A DNA stretch of 64,000 nt from Eledone cirrhosa (taxonomy: Eukaryota): contig OZ024742.1 in the NCBI GenBank assembly GCA_964016885.1, positions 3,534,001 through 3,598,000 on the forward strand. Reading direction: 5' to 3'. Within the stretch, counting starts at the first letter, position 1, and each line of letters begins with the position of its first letter. The notes beneath the pieces are model-generated. The model searched no databases, was not told the origin of the DNA, and worked only from the letters and a program-made list of their open reading frames with translations. Below are positions 1 through 12,120 of this stretch, in pieces. The position numbers and the translations under genes were made by a program.

Positions 1-1336
1 AGTCCGGACCTCCAGACGGACAAAAACTGGGACGAGGTGACGAGCAGGGTGGCTTCTCTAACACAGAAATAGGCGGAGAGGAAGCTATCCCTGAAAGGTC
101 GAGCGGAGGTGGCTAACGCGTACATCGCGTCCGTCATCTGCTACCGCCTGACCGTCGTACCTTGTCCCAAGCCCCGCCTGACTGCGCTGGAGCGTTTGCT
201 CTTTCGCTTTATGTGGAAGGGACGCGCTCCGATGGTCAGGCGGTCCATCTGCTGTCAACACCCGCTACGTGGAGGGCTGGGCATGCCGTGGCTGATGATG
301 CGCAGACACGCGCTCAGGCTACGACATCTCCCCCTCTTCCTCGACGGTGAACAGTTGTGGTCGCCGTTTGCTAGACGCGTCTTTCCCCAGCTCGTCTCCT
401 TGACGGAGCTGCAGTCCTGGGTCAAGCGAAGACCGAGAGGGAGCGCCTGGAGACTGGAATGTCTTCAGGCGCTCACAGCCTTCGACCAATCGGGCATTGT
501 GATCGGTGGAAACTCCACCTCGGCGTTCTATAGAGGATTAGTGGAGGGGAAGAGCGACGACGTACTTGGGGAAACTCTAGGCGTCGACGAAAATCAACTA
601 GCCAATCTCTTCGGGGCCTATGGACAACTTCCAGAAATCTCTGGCCTGGCAGTGCTACCGAGGAGCCTTGCCAGTTCGAGATAAACTGTACAGGCATGGT
701 GGTGCCGTCAGCCGGGCATGTCTGAAAATTGCTGACTCGTGGGTTTATGTCGAATACCTACTGTCGCGTGTAGGACGGATCCGGCTATCATCTGAGTCCA
801 TCGTGAGGATTGCCCCGCTCTCTTCCTTTAGCCGGGAAGTGCAGGTAGTTTTTATCTGTCTGGTGGCCATGGCGAAAGAGATAGTATGGTGGACACGTTT
901 GAAAGGGCTGAAGACGAGCACTTACCTCTTCGGCGATGCCCTGATTGACTTTTTCAAATTTCATTTGAAAAGGAAAATCAGAGTAGAGAGGGAAGTGCTC
1001 TCTTCCCAGCATTTTGTTGAAAGATGGGTGAGAGAAGCAAGAATGGCCCGAGTGAATGGGCCTACTCTGAGTATGTATCTGTAAATTAAAGGTGGAAAAC
1101 TGGGAGAGGGCCCTTGCCTTGGTGGTCAGGGTCACTGTAGCCTTTTACTGGGCTTTCTCCACAAATGTCCCTCGGAAGTCTCCTCCCTATTGGGGAATTT
1201 TTCATTGTTATTTTTTTATTACATCCTCTGTTGTTTTACACGCAGAAATGCCCATTTGTACCGTCCTGTATTGTCTACTTTAATGTACTGTCCTTAATGT
1301 CTACTTTATGTAAACCCTTGTGGTTAATAAAGCAAA

Positions 1337-1373
<37 letters not shown>

Positions 1374-1386
1374 GTTGTTGTTGTTG
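1..1386 (+). mobile_element. Tx1/L1-clade non-LTR retrotransposon copy 1 (3' part: RT C-terminus, 3'UTR, (TTA)n/(TTG)n tail); defective
   Basis: Near-identical to 9042-10483. It has a TAG at 70-72, a short deletion near 613 and a ~51-bp deletion near 721 removing CPRC..H..C. AATAAA at 1326, tail 1338-1386. Confidence 0.93.
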
Positions 1387-4381
1387 GTGAAGCCACGCTT
1401 CTTATCGCCTCCAGTTTTTTTCAACGTTTTACCGCGTTTTCAACCTTTCTAAACCTTTTATTCAAGTTTTAAATTTGATAAAAGTTTAGAAGAAGTGACC
1501 CACCTAATACAAGGGCTCACTAGTAAATAAGAGGGCCCCCTTTTAAGGGGCGCCGTATTCGTATTTGTGTAAAAATAGACTATTTGAGGAAAATAGAGTA
1601 GAGGGAGAGCTAGTCAGAAAGCTAGAAGAGGCGTTTAGGACAAGCATCGAAACCGACGTGCTTGCGGCGAGATTGGCACTCGACCAATTCTTCAACGCAA
1701 AACACGAAGGCTGCGTTGTCAGAGCTAGAGCGCGTGCTCTGAAACACGAGGGGACAAAAGCCGTCCAAAGGGACCGGGTGGCAGAGGCGCGACGTGGCAA
1801 CAAAGCCACAATTCGGTCTTTGTCTGACCAAAACGGGTGCGTGATGCTCGAACCCGAGCGGATGTGTGAATCTTTTCAGCAGTACTTTGCTGAACTCTTC
1901 GGGAGCGGCGGCAGCCCGGGTCGGGACATGGACTTCAGTGCATACCTCGACGCACTGCCTCCGCTCTCGACGACCGCAGCACAGTGTTGCGAAAAGCCAA
2001 TAACAGCCGGTGAAATACGGGAAGCGATGGCTAACTGCACAAGGGGTAATCGCCAGGTTTGGAAGGTCTGCCCTACGCGCTTTATGCATTTATGCCAGAC
2101 TTGTTCGGTGACCTCTTTGCAGACGTCTACTGCAACTGGCAGCAGAACGGGAGCATTCCCAGTTTTGTGAGCCGGGGAGCAGTTGCGCTGCTGAAGAAAG
2201 ACCCGAACAAGGGGGATGTTATCGATAATTTCAGGCCCATAACCATGCTAAACGCAGAGTTCAAGATCTTGGCCAAGGTGTTAGCAACGAGGCTGGCACT
2301 TGTCGTCAAGGGTCTGGTGGGAGAAGCGCAGACATGCGCCATTCCGGACAGATCCATACACGACAACCTCCACCTCATGCGATACATCATAGAGAGGGTG
2401 GTTAAGGAACCTGGCAAGGGTGGGGCCTTGATCAACTTGGATCAATCCAAAGCATTCGATAGGGTCGACCATCGGTACCTGGCGGCGGTCCTCGAGGCAG
2501 CCGGTTTCGGGCCCGCTTTTAGGGGGTTGGATCGCAGCAATGTACAGCGACATCTGCTCAGTTGTGAGGGTGAACGGTCTCCTGTCGCAGCCATTCAGCA
2601 TCATGCGCTCAGTCCACCAGGGTTGTCCCCTCTCCTCCCTCTTGTACGTATTGGCTCTCGAGCCGTTACTGCACAAATTGGGAGCGAAGAGGGGCGTCCC
2701 ACGCGAACTAGGATGCGGGAAATCCGAGTCGGCTTACGCTGACAAAGTCACCGTGGTGGTGTCGAGCACCAGACACGTCTAGATGCTCGGCACCGCTCTC
2801 AAGGAATACGAAGCGGTGACAGGAGCAAAGATAAACCAGGAAAAGTCGGTGGGCTTGCAGCTCGGCACCTGGAGAGGCAAGTCCATGCCGTCCGACAGCG
2901 TCGTGGGGCGTTGGATGGACGGACCGGTTAAATTGCTCGGGGTCTGGTTCGGACCGGACCTCCAGATGGAGAAAAACTGGAACGAGGTGACGAGCAGGGT
3001 GGCCTCCCTCACCCAGAAATGGGCTGAGAGGAAGCTGTCCCTGAAAGGCCGGGCGGAGGTGATGAATGCGTACATCGCATCCGTCATCTGCTACCCCCTC
3101 ACCGTCGTCCCTTGCTCCAGCCCAACTCTCACCAAAATGGAGCGCCTCCTCTTCCGCTTTTTGTAGAAGGGACGCGCTCCCATGGTCAGACGATCCATCT
3201 GCTGTCAACACCCGTTGCGTGGAGGACTGGGCATGCCATGGCTGATGATGCGCAAACATGCGCTGAGGCTGCGACATCTCTGGTGCTTCCCTGACGGTAA
3301 ACAGGTGTGGTCGCCGTTCGCCAGGTACGTTTTCCCACAGCTCATCTCCTTGACGGAGCTGCAGTCCTGGGTCAGAAAAAGACCGAGGGATAGCGCATGG
3401 AAACTGGAATGTCTCCAGGCGATCACTGCCCTCTGCCACCTGGGCACCAGTATCGGTGGAACATCCACCTCGGCGTTCTATAGAGGACTAGTGGACGGGA
3501 AGAGCGACGACATTCTCGGAGAGATACTGGGCGTCGAAGAAGATCAGCTGTTTGCTCTCTTCCGGAGAACTTTCAGCCCGGGGCCTATGGATAACTTCCA
3601 AAAATTCCTGGCCTGGCAGTGCTACCCGGGAGCGCTGCCGGTTCGAGATAAGCTCTACAGGCACGGAAGTGCCGTCAGCCGAGCCTGTCCGAGATGCGCG
3701 CAGAGCGACGAAACCGTCGTGCACGCACTCGTTCAGTGCCCGAGCATTGCTGACTTGTGGAGCTATGTCGAACAGTTGCTGTCGCGTGTAGGACTGATCC
3801 GGTTGTCGACTGAGTCCATTGTGCAGATGGTCTCGCCGTCTTCCTTCGAGGAGGAAGGGCAGGCGGTTTTCATCTGCCTGGTGGCCATGACGAAAGATAT
3901 TGTGTGGTGGACAAGGTTAAAAGGGTTAAAGACAGACACTTTCCTCTTCGGCGAATCCCTAATTAAATTTTTCAAGTTTCACTTGAAGAGGAAAATCAGG
4001 GTGGAGAGGCAAGTGCTGCCTTCTAGCAAGTTTGGTGAAAGGTGGGTGAATGTAGCGAGAATGGTCCGAGTGAACGGGACCACTCTGAATATACTTCTGT
4101 AGTTTGAGAGATGGAAAAATTGAGAGAGGGCGCTTACTCTGAAGGGCAGGGTGGCCGTGGTCTTTTGTGTGGTTTTCGCCACGAGTGAAACACGGAGGTA
4201 TTGGGGAATTTTTCATTGTTTCAATTTTCATTTTTATTGTTTATATATATGTTTCTATGTCCTTTTTTTTTCTTTTCTTATATATTAATAAAAATATTTA
4301 CACGCACAAAACCAACATTGTACCGTCCTGTGCCGTCTATAATATTTTTCTTGATGTCAGCCCTTGTGGCCAATAAAGAAA

Positions 4382-4428
<47 letters not shown>
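1387..4428 (+). mobile_element. Tx1/L1-clade copy 2, diverged subfamily, lacking ORF1 and endonuclease; ORF2 pseudogene ~1575-4102
   Basis: RT motifs FRPITMLNAEFKILAK, LDQSKAFDRVDH, QGCPLS; YADD changed to YADK; C-terminal CPRC...H...C. Frameshifts near 2050 and 2525, stops at ~2781 and ~3164. AATAAA at 4372, (ATT)n 4381-4428. Confidence 0.92.
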
Positions 4429-4642
4429 GAATGCCATGGTTGACGGAGGCTCGGCTCTGTAAGGTATAGTAATTTTTAACCGTTAAAACAATTGTAAATT
4501 GTTTAAAACTTGAACCAAATTGTTGATAAAGACACCCTCCTCCTCGTGAGAGGGGTCTTTCTGTCCGTTATTTGGCCCTTCGGGGTTAAATAACCAGTTA
4601 TTGGGGTTTTGTACCCAATATTCATTTTAAACAAAAAACAAC

Positions 4643-6739
4643 ATGGCTACGAAAAAGAAATTTCATACGTCACTCCCACTCATTCCGTCTTCTCCTTCCT
4701 CAATCATCACTACAGCAGAGAGAAGATTGTCTCTCTCCCTCCCTTCTTTAAATGTGTCTCTCTCCCTCCCTTCTCTTTCGCAAGTGACGAAAGAAAAGAA
4801 AAGTCTCGTGCAAAGCGTGCAAGGTTTCTCCACGACGACGACGACAGCGACGAAACAGGTGTGCGGGAAATACGAAAACCCAGTTCATTCGTCTCACGTC
4901 AGGAATAATAGCAGTAGCAGCCGTAATAACAACAGCAACAGTGACAATGAAAACAACAGTAGCAGCCGCAACAGCATCACCAGCAGCATAAACAACAACA
5001 GCATTAGCAGCAGCAACACCAACAACAACCACAGCAACAGCGGCGGAGGCAGTAGTCGTAGTACCTGCAGCAACAACAAAAGTACCAGCAGCTCTGACGA
5101 CAACAACAACAGCAGGGAAAAACCAATCTCATTTGCAGGTATTGCGAAAAACTTGGAAACAATCCTCATAACAAATGAGGAATTAGAGGAAGCGAAGAAG
5201 ATGGTGACAAAGAACGGACACCGAGCAATCTGCAAGGCAGCGAAAAATTTTTTCGAAACCCAAGAGCACTGTACGGTCACGTACCGTACAGTAAGTACAA
5301 AATCCCGTAGGGTGGAAAGAGCCACAGAGGCCCAAATACAAAAAGCCTTGGGGTCTGTGTGGCAGCGGAAAACGCACATCACCCGAGGCAAAAAATATGC
5401 CACCGTAGACGTACTTTTTGCCACACCCCAGGAGGCAAAGGCCCAATCAGTAGTGACCCTAAGGAGCGAGGAAATGGTGTTGGTGCCCTCCTACTGTGGG
5501 CAAAAAATTGTGAGGGTCAAACTGACCCACGTCCCCCCCGGAATGACCCCTTCTTGGCTGGCCGCGTCTGTCCTCGTCGGAATCGAGGACAAAACAACTG
5601 TACTGCAAGTACAGAAAAAAGTAAGAGAAGATTGGGTCGGCTCCTCCATTGAGATGCTAATCCAAACCAACCAGGAGTGCATCGAAGCTATCCCGGATGT
5701 GATAGACTTCGATAACGGCACTCAACTGCCCATAAGTGTTGAGGGCAAACGCCCGAAATGCTTTCGCTGTGGATCGAAGACTCACCTCAGGGCCTTCTGC
5801 AACGAGAAGACCCTGAGAAAGGAGAAAACCCCCCTCCTTCCGAATCCGGCTCCACGGCTACCAGCAACAGGACAAGCGGCAACCAGGAACGATAGGCCCG
5901 TGGCACCCATACCCACTCCACGGAAATCAAAAACAGCAGCAGCAGTGGAAATACTAACAACAACAACAGCAATACCAAATGCAGCTGCAACAGAGACTCC
6001 AGTGCAAACATCACCAACAACAACAAGTGAAAGAGTGGAGTTGGTACCCCTCCCCGACCTCACAGAATCAGACATGGAGTGTGAGGTGGGAGAGAGATGG
6101 CAAAAGGTTGTAAGAAGGCACAAACGCAGAAGCAGCGCATCGTCGCCTTTGAAAAGGGAGGAAAGAAATGAGAAAAGGGTAAAGTCTACTGCAAAGAGAC
6201 CCACAGCAGCAACAACACCAACACCATCACCACCCACACTAGCGCCACCATCACCACCGGCGACAACCCCACCGCCAACAACACCTTCAACACCACCACC
6301 ACAAGCACCAACATCGCAAACACAACAACAAAACACACACACCCAGCAACAACGACAAGAAAATAGCAGAACCACACCCCACCCCCAGAAAAACAAATGC
6401 ACGGCAATAAATACACACAACAAGAAACTAATGACTTACATAATTGAACACACAGACATTTCACAACAGGACTACATAATACCAGCACCAATCAAAACGC
6501 CAACTAACATAAGACTGCTAAAAATAGCACAGAAACAATACACAAATATTAAAACGAAATTCCCCAACGCAGTTGGTGATTTCAGGGACCTGGGAGGAAC
6601 CATCAATCGAAGAGTATACTCAGACATTCTCTTAGAAGAGCCGACGACCAGCCGAAGGGACGATTCAACGGTCCCTTCACCAGACGATCAAGTGAAAAGG
6701 GATGTAAAAACCATCCCTCCTCTACCAAAAGTACGGTAA
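4643..6739 (+). CDS. Retrotransposon ORF1 (gag-like nucleic-acid-binding protein, 698 aa)
   Basis: Open 698-codon frame upstream of ORF2, with CCHC knuckle CFRCGSKTHLRAFC, N/S-rich and P/T-rich low-complexity segments and a basic stretch. Confidence 0.88.
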   Translation: MATKKKFHTSLPLIPSSPSSIITTAERRLSLSLPSLNVSLSLPSLSQVTKEKKSLVQSVQGFSTTTTTATKQVCGKYENPVHSSHVRNNSSSSRNNNSNSDNENNSSSRNSITSSINNNSISSSNTNNNHSNSGGGSSRSTCSNNKSTSSSDDNNNSREKPISFAGIAKNLETILITNEELEEAKKMVTKNGHRAICKAAKNFFETQEHCTVTYRTVSTKSRRVERATEAQIQKALGSVWQRKTHITRGKKYATVDVLFATPQEAKAQSVVTLRSEEMVLVPSYCGQKIVRVKLTHVPPGMTPSWLAASVLVGIEDKTTVLQVQKKVREDWVGSSIEMLIQTNQECIEAIPDVIDFDNGTQLPISVEGKRPKCFRCGSKTHLRAFCNEKTLRKEKTPLLPNPAPRLPATGQAATRNDRPVAPIPTPRKSKTAAAVEILTTTTAIPNAAATETPVQTSPTTTSERVELVPLPDLTESDMECEVGERWQKVVRRHKRRSSASSPLKREERNEKRVKSTAKRPTAATTPTPSPPTLAPPSPPATTPPPTTPSTPPPQAPTSQTQQQNTHTQQQRQENSRTTPHPQKNKCTAINTHNKKLMTYIIEHTDISQQDYIIPAPIKTPTNIRLLKIAQKQYTNIKTKFPNAVGDFRDLGGTINRRVYSDILLEEPTTSRRDDSTVPSPDDQVKRDVKTIPPLPKVR

Positions 6740-6774
6740 GTGGTCTTTCCCATCTTTTCCACTCTATTTTAAAC

Positions 6775-9700
6775 ATGACCTCACTCAGAATAGGCAGCAT
6801 AAATGCGCGTGGCTTGGGGTCGTCATGGAAGCAGGGTCACCTGCTCAACGACCTCAGGTCACTAAACATAGATGTAGTGGCCATCAGCGAGACCAGAATC
6901 TCCGAAGCACGGGCCTTCGCACCGATCTTCGGCGGCTACGATGTGTACGCATCTCCCAGCCGTCCTGGATCCGGTGGAGGAGTTGCTGTACTTTTTCGGA
7001 GAGGTTTGGATCTCGCCATACGGGCCATCTTCCTGGACCCAGAGGGTAAGCTGGTGGTGCTGGACGTGACCAGCGGAGACGGGCAAGCTTTCAGGCTAGT
7101 GGCCGTCTATGCCCCGACAGGAGCAGGGCGGCCTGATTTCTTCCGGCGTCTGGAGACCTTTCTTGGAACGTCCCGCTCTTTAGTGTTAGTGGGCGACTGG
7201 AACGGGATCTTAGATGCACGCTGGGACTGTGTGGGATTAGCGGATAGGGGTGGAGGGTGCAAGAGCCTCACCAACCTGCTCAGGCGTTTTGAACTGTCTG
7301 ACAGGTACCGATTGGATTTCCCGAATGTGCCAATGTGGACTTGGACAAACCGCATAGGGTCATCCAGATCATATCTAGATAGAGTATTTTGTAGGGAAAT
7401 AGATAGGTCTAGCATAGGCTGTCCACAATTCAAGATAGTCAGCTACACGGACCACAAATTCGTGACCTGTGTGCTTGACTTAGATAGGCTTCATAGACGA
7501 GGACCCGGCTACTGGAAGCTAAACGCGTCCTTACCAGCGCGCAAGGCCTACAGAGACCGGATTAGCGAACTAGTTAAGCGGGCGTTGACGGGGGCCATCG
7601 TCAACAACAAGTGGTGGTTTGCTCTGAAAAGAGCGATTAGAATAGAATCGATTAGGTTTAGTAAGGCTTTAGCAATAGAGAAAAATAGAGCAGAGGGAGA
7701 ACTAGTTAAAAAATTAGACGAGGCGCTTAGCAAAGGCATTGCGACCGACGTGCTTGCGGCGAAATTGGCCCTTGACCAATTCTTCAATGCAAAGCACGAA
7801 GGCTGCGTTGTCAGAGCTAGGGTGCGTGCTCTCAGACACGAGGGGACGAAAGCCGTTCAATGGGCCCGAGTGGCGGAGGCGCGTCGTGGCAACAAAGCCA
7901 CGATCCGGTCTTTGGTGGACCACGACGGGCGCATGCTACTCGATCCCGGGCAAATGTGTGAAGCTTTTCAGCGACACTTCGCTCAGCTGTTCGGGGGCAG
8001 CGGTGGGCCGGGTAGAGGGATGGACTTTAGTGTCTACCTCGACGGACTGCCGCGGCTCTCGGCCACTGAGGCGAAGTGTTGCGAAAAGCCGATAACAGCC
8101 GCTGAAGTAAGGGAGGCAATGACTGGCTGCACAAGGGGTAAATCGCCTGGTTTGGATGGTCTGCCCTATGAACTTTACGTACAGATGCCAGACTTGTTCG
8201 GAGGCCTCTTGGCGGACGTCTACTGCAACTGGCAACAGAACGGGAGAATTCCCAGTTCTGTGAGCCGAGGAGCGGTGGCACTGCTGAGAAAGGATCCGAA
8301 CAAGGGGGATAACATAGACAATTTCCGGCCCATAACTCTGCTAAACACAGAGTTTAAGATTTTGGCCAAGGTGCTAGCAAAGAGGTTGGCGCTTGTCGTT
8401 GGTGGTCTGGTGGGAGAGGCGCAGACATGCGCCATTCCCGACAGATCCATCCACGACAACCTCCACCTCATGCGATACATCGTAGAGAGGGTAGCTAGGG
8501 AACCTGGCACGGGTGGGTCCTTGATCAATTTAGATCAGTCGAAAGCTTTCGATAGGGTCGACCATCGTTACCTAGCGGCAGTCCTGAGGGCGGCTGGCTT
8601 TGGGCCCGTCTTCAGAGGCTGGATCGCTGCCATGCACAGCGACATCTGCTCTGTGGTGAGAGTGAACGGTCACCTGTCGGAACCGTTCAACATCATGCGC
8701 TCGGTCCGCCAAGGATGTCCCCTCTCGTCCCTCTTGTACGTATTGACTCTCGAGCCATTACTGCACAAACTGGAGACGTTGAGGGGGTCCCGCGCGAACT
8801 AGGATGCGGAAGATCCGTATCAGCATATGCGGACGATGTCACCGTAGTGGTGTCGAACGCCAAACACATCGAGGCGATCGGCACTACACTAAGAGAATAC
8901 GAAGCGGTGACAGGAGCAATGATCAACCAGGAAAAGTCAGTGGGCCTGCAGCTCGGCACCTGGAGAGGCAGGTCCATGCCGTCCAACAGCGTCGTCGGAC
9001 GCTGGACGGACGGACCGGTTAAATTGCTAGGGGTCTGGTTCGGTCCGGACCTCCAGACGGACAAAAACTGGGACGAGGTGACGAGCAGGGTGGCTTCTCT
9101 CACCCAGAAATGGGCCGAGAGGAAGCTATCCCTGAAAGGTCGAGCGGAGGTGGCTAACGCGTACATCGCGTCCGTCATCTGCTACCGCCTGACCGTCGTA
9201 CCTTGTCCTAAGCCTCGCCTGACTGTGCTGGAGCGTTTGCTCTTTCGCTTTTTGTGGAAGGGACGCGCTCCGATGGTCAGGCGGTCCATCTGTTGTCAAC
9301 ACCCGCTACGTGGAGGGCTGGGCATGCCGTGGCTGATGATGCGCAGGCACGCGCTCAGGCTACGACATCTCCACCTCTTCCTCGACGGTGATCAGGTGTG
9401 GTCGCCGTTTGCTAGACGCGTGTTTCCCCAGCTCGTTTCCTTGACGGAGCTGCAGTCCTGGGTCAAGCGAAGACCGAGAGGGAGCGCCTGGAGACTGGAA
9501 TGTCTTCAGGCGCTCACAGCCCTCGACCAATCGGGCAATGTGATCGGTGGAAACTCCACCTCGGCGTTCTATAGAGGATTAGTGGAGGGGAAGAGCGACG
9601 ACGTACTTGGGGAAACTCTAGGCGTCGACGAAAATCAACTAGCCAATCTCTTCGGAAGAACTTTCGGGCCAGGGCCTATGGACAACTTCCAGAAATCTCT

Positions 9701-10193
9701 GGCCTGGCAGTGCTACCGAGGAGCCTTGCCAGTTCGGGATAAACTCTACAGGCATGGAGGTGCCGTCAGCCGGGCATGTCCGAGATGCGCGCAGGGCGAC
9801 GAAACCGTCCTGCACGCACTCGTCCAGTGTCCGAAAATTGCTGACTTGTGGGTTTATGTCGAACACCTGCTGTCGCGTTTAGGACGGATCCGGCTATCAT
9901 CTGAGTCAATCGTGAGGATTGCCCCGCCCTCCTCCTTTAGCCGGGAAGGGCAGGCAGTTTTTATCTGCCTGGTGGCCATGGCGAAAGAGATAGTATGGTG
10001 GACACGTTTGAAAGGGCTGAAGACGAGCACTTACCTCTTCGGTGATGCTCTGATTGACTTTTTCAAATTTCATTTGAAAAGGAAAATCAGAGTTGAGAGG
10101 GAAGTGCTCTCTTCCCAGCATTTTGTTGAAAGATGGGTGAGAGAAGCAAGAATGGCCCGAGTGAATGGGCCTACTCTGAGCATATATCTGTAA
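6775..10193 (+). CDS. Retrotransposon ORF2: AP-like endonuclease + reverse transcriptase + C-terminal zinc knuckle; single 1-bp frameshift at ~8785
   Basis: GSINARGL, VAISET, VYAP, LVGDWN, YLDRVF, YTDHK (APE); KSPGLDG, LDQSKAFDRVDH, VRQGCPLS, YADD (RT); CPRC..HALVQC. ORFs 6775-8802 and 8715-10193 join if one base is restored in GAGGGGGTCC (copy 2 reads AGG GGC GTC). Confidence 0.92.
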
Positions 10194-10441
10194 ATTAAAG
10201 GTGGAAAACTGGGAGAGGGCACTTGCCTTGGTGGTCAGGGTCATTGTGGCTTTTTACTGGGCTTTCTCCACAAATGTCCCTCCGAAGTCTCCCCCCTATT
10301 GGGGAATTTTTCATTGTTATTTTTTGTTACATCCTCTGCTTTTGTTTTTTACACGCAGAAATGCCCATTTGTACCGTCCTGCATTGTCCTGCACTGTCCT
10401 TAATGTCTACTTTATGTAAACCCTTGTGGTTAATAAAGAAA

Positions 10442-10483
<42 letters not shown>

Positions 10484-10484
<1 letters not shown>

Positions 10485-12120
10485 AGCTGCATTTATCTTG
10501 CTTTATCTTCATACGAGTTATCACCAAGTCACAACCAGTGACCTCAAGAGACAACAAGATCCGCCATGTTCAAGAAAGAACATACATACACACACATGCA
10601 TCTTTAGGTGTTTAGACTTGTGATGTACTTATATTGACAGAATCTTCCTTAGTATATGGGCAGTTCCCATTAGTACTATATTTTGTATTTCTCCTATACG
10701 CGGGTTTCTTGGGATTTGCGATAAGTAATCATTAGACCCCTTGGGTATCATTCCTAGAGCGCCTACAACCACTGGTATTGTATTAGTTCTCAACTTACAT
10801 ATTTTTCCAATTTCTATCTCCAGGTCTTTATACTTGCTCAATTTTTCAAATGTTTTTATAGATACATTCTTATCTATTGGAACGGACATATCAATTAGCA
10901 GGCATACCCTCTTTTTAAAGTCCTTCAGTATTATATCAGGTCTATTTGCATCTATTTTTCGGTCTGTTTGGATGCTAAAGTTCCACAAGATTGAGATGTG
11001 ATCTTTTTTAAGCATGGTAGGTGGTTATTATTATTATATGGTTGATGCTCCCACCAATTCTTTTGATAGGCAGGTCAAAATGCTTACACATTATCCAATG
11101 TATGTATTGTGCAGCTCTGTCATGCCTGTTTAGGTATTCGGTTGGAGCTATAGGACTGCACATTGAAATTATATGTTCAATGGTCTCTGGTTGTTTTTTA
11201 CATACACGGCCTAATGGGTTACATCCACTTTTTATTATGTTGGCTTGGTAATTTTTTGTTGGCAGACACTGACCTTGTGCTGATAAAATCAGTCCTTCAG
11301 TCTCCGATTTCAGTCCAGAGGATGCCAACCACTGATGCGTTAAAGTTTTGTCAACATCAGGATTGTTAGCTCTTTCTGGGTATTCTCCATACAGAAGCTT
11401 TTCTTGCCATTTCTTAGCCAGTTTGTGTAGCAGTTCTTTCTTTGCAGTTACTTTTACCTGCTTTGCTTTTTCAGTGTTTTTCATTTCAGCAGTAAATGAA
11501 ACTTCTGAAATTTGTAGTCCATTGCTGTATCTTTGTGCATCTTTTGTAATGGAGTATGATCTTTTGATGCTTTCATGTTTCAAAACGAGTTTGATCATCC
11601 AATCTTGTGATTCCCTTAGATGTGTAGATAATCCAACTGTTGCAGATTTCAAAGCAATATCTGACTGGATTAATCCACGTCCCCCTTCTTTCCTAGGGAG
11701 ATATATTGTATCTGTATCTACCTTAGGGTGATGCATTCTGTGCATGGTTAAGAATTTTCTAATTTTTGTATCGAGCCTACGGATCTTTGTGCTTGACCAG
11801 TTGATGACATTGTAACTTTAGGTTACTACTAGTATGGCATCGATCCTATTCCTTGAATTCAATTCCGTTCTTAAGATTGCTCTTACTCTGCGGTAACGTC
11901 CTTCCTTATCCTTTCCCTCATTGTTGAGTGCTTGATTCCGTCTCCTTCACAAACACCTAGATATTTGTAAGTTTCCTCTTGATCAAGTTCCCTTATCACA
12001 TTTCCCCGATCAAGATTAATGTCTGAACTTCTCAGCAGCTTTCCTCTGGTGAACGTGGCTTTGGCGCATTTGTCTAGTCCAAACTCCATTATAATATCAT
12101 CACTGAACTGCTTCACAGTG
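10484..12120 (-). mobile_element. Dong/R4-clade (RLE) non-LTR retrotransposon, 5'-truncated and degenerate
   Basis: MEFGLDKCAK, YKYLG, GGRGL, LKSETEGLILSAQ, ETIEHIISMC, RHD, NRPDII..IDMSVP..KLSKY, IPVVVGALG in frameshifted minus ORFs; ends in (TAA)n on the minus strand. Confidence 0.88.

Larger units (their letters stand above)
4429..10483 (+). mobile_element. Full-length Tx1/L1-clade non-LTR retrotransposon copy 3 (~6.05 kb)
   Basis: 5'UTR, ORF1, 35-nt spacer, ORF2 (APE endonuclease-RT-zinc knuckle), 3'UTR, AATAAA at 10432 and (ATT)n 10441-10483. Confidence 0.95.
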
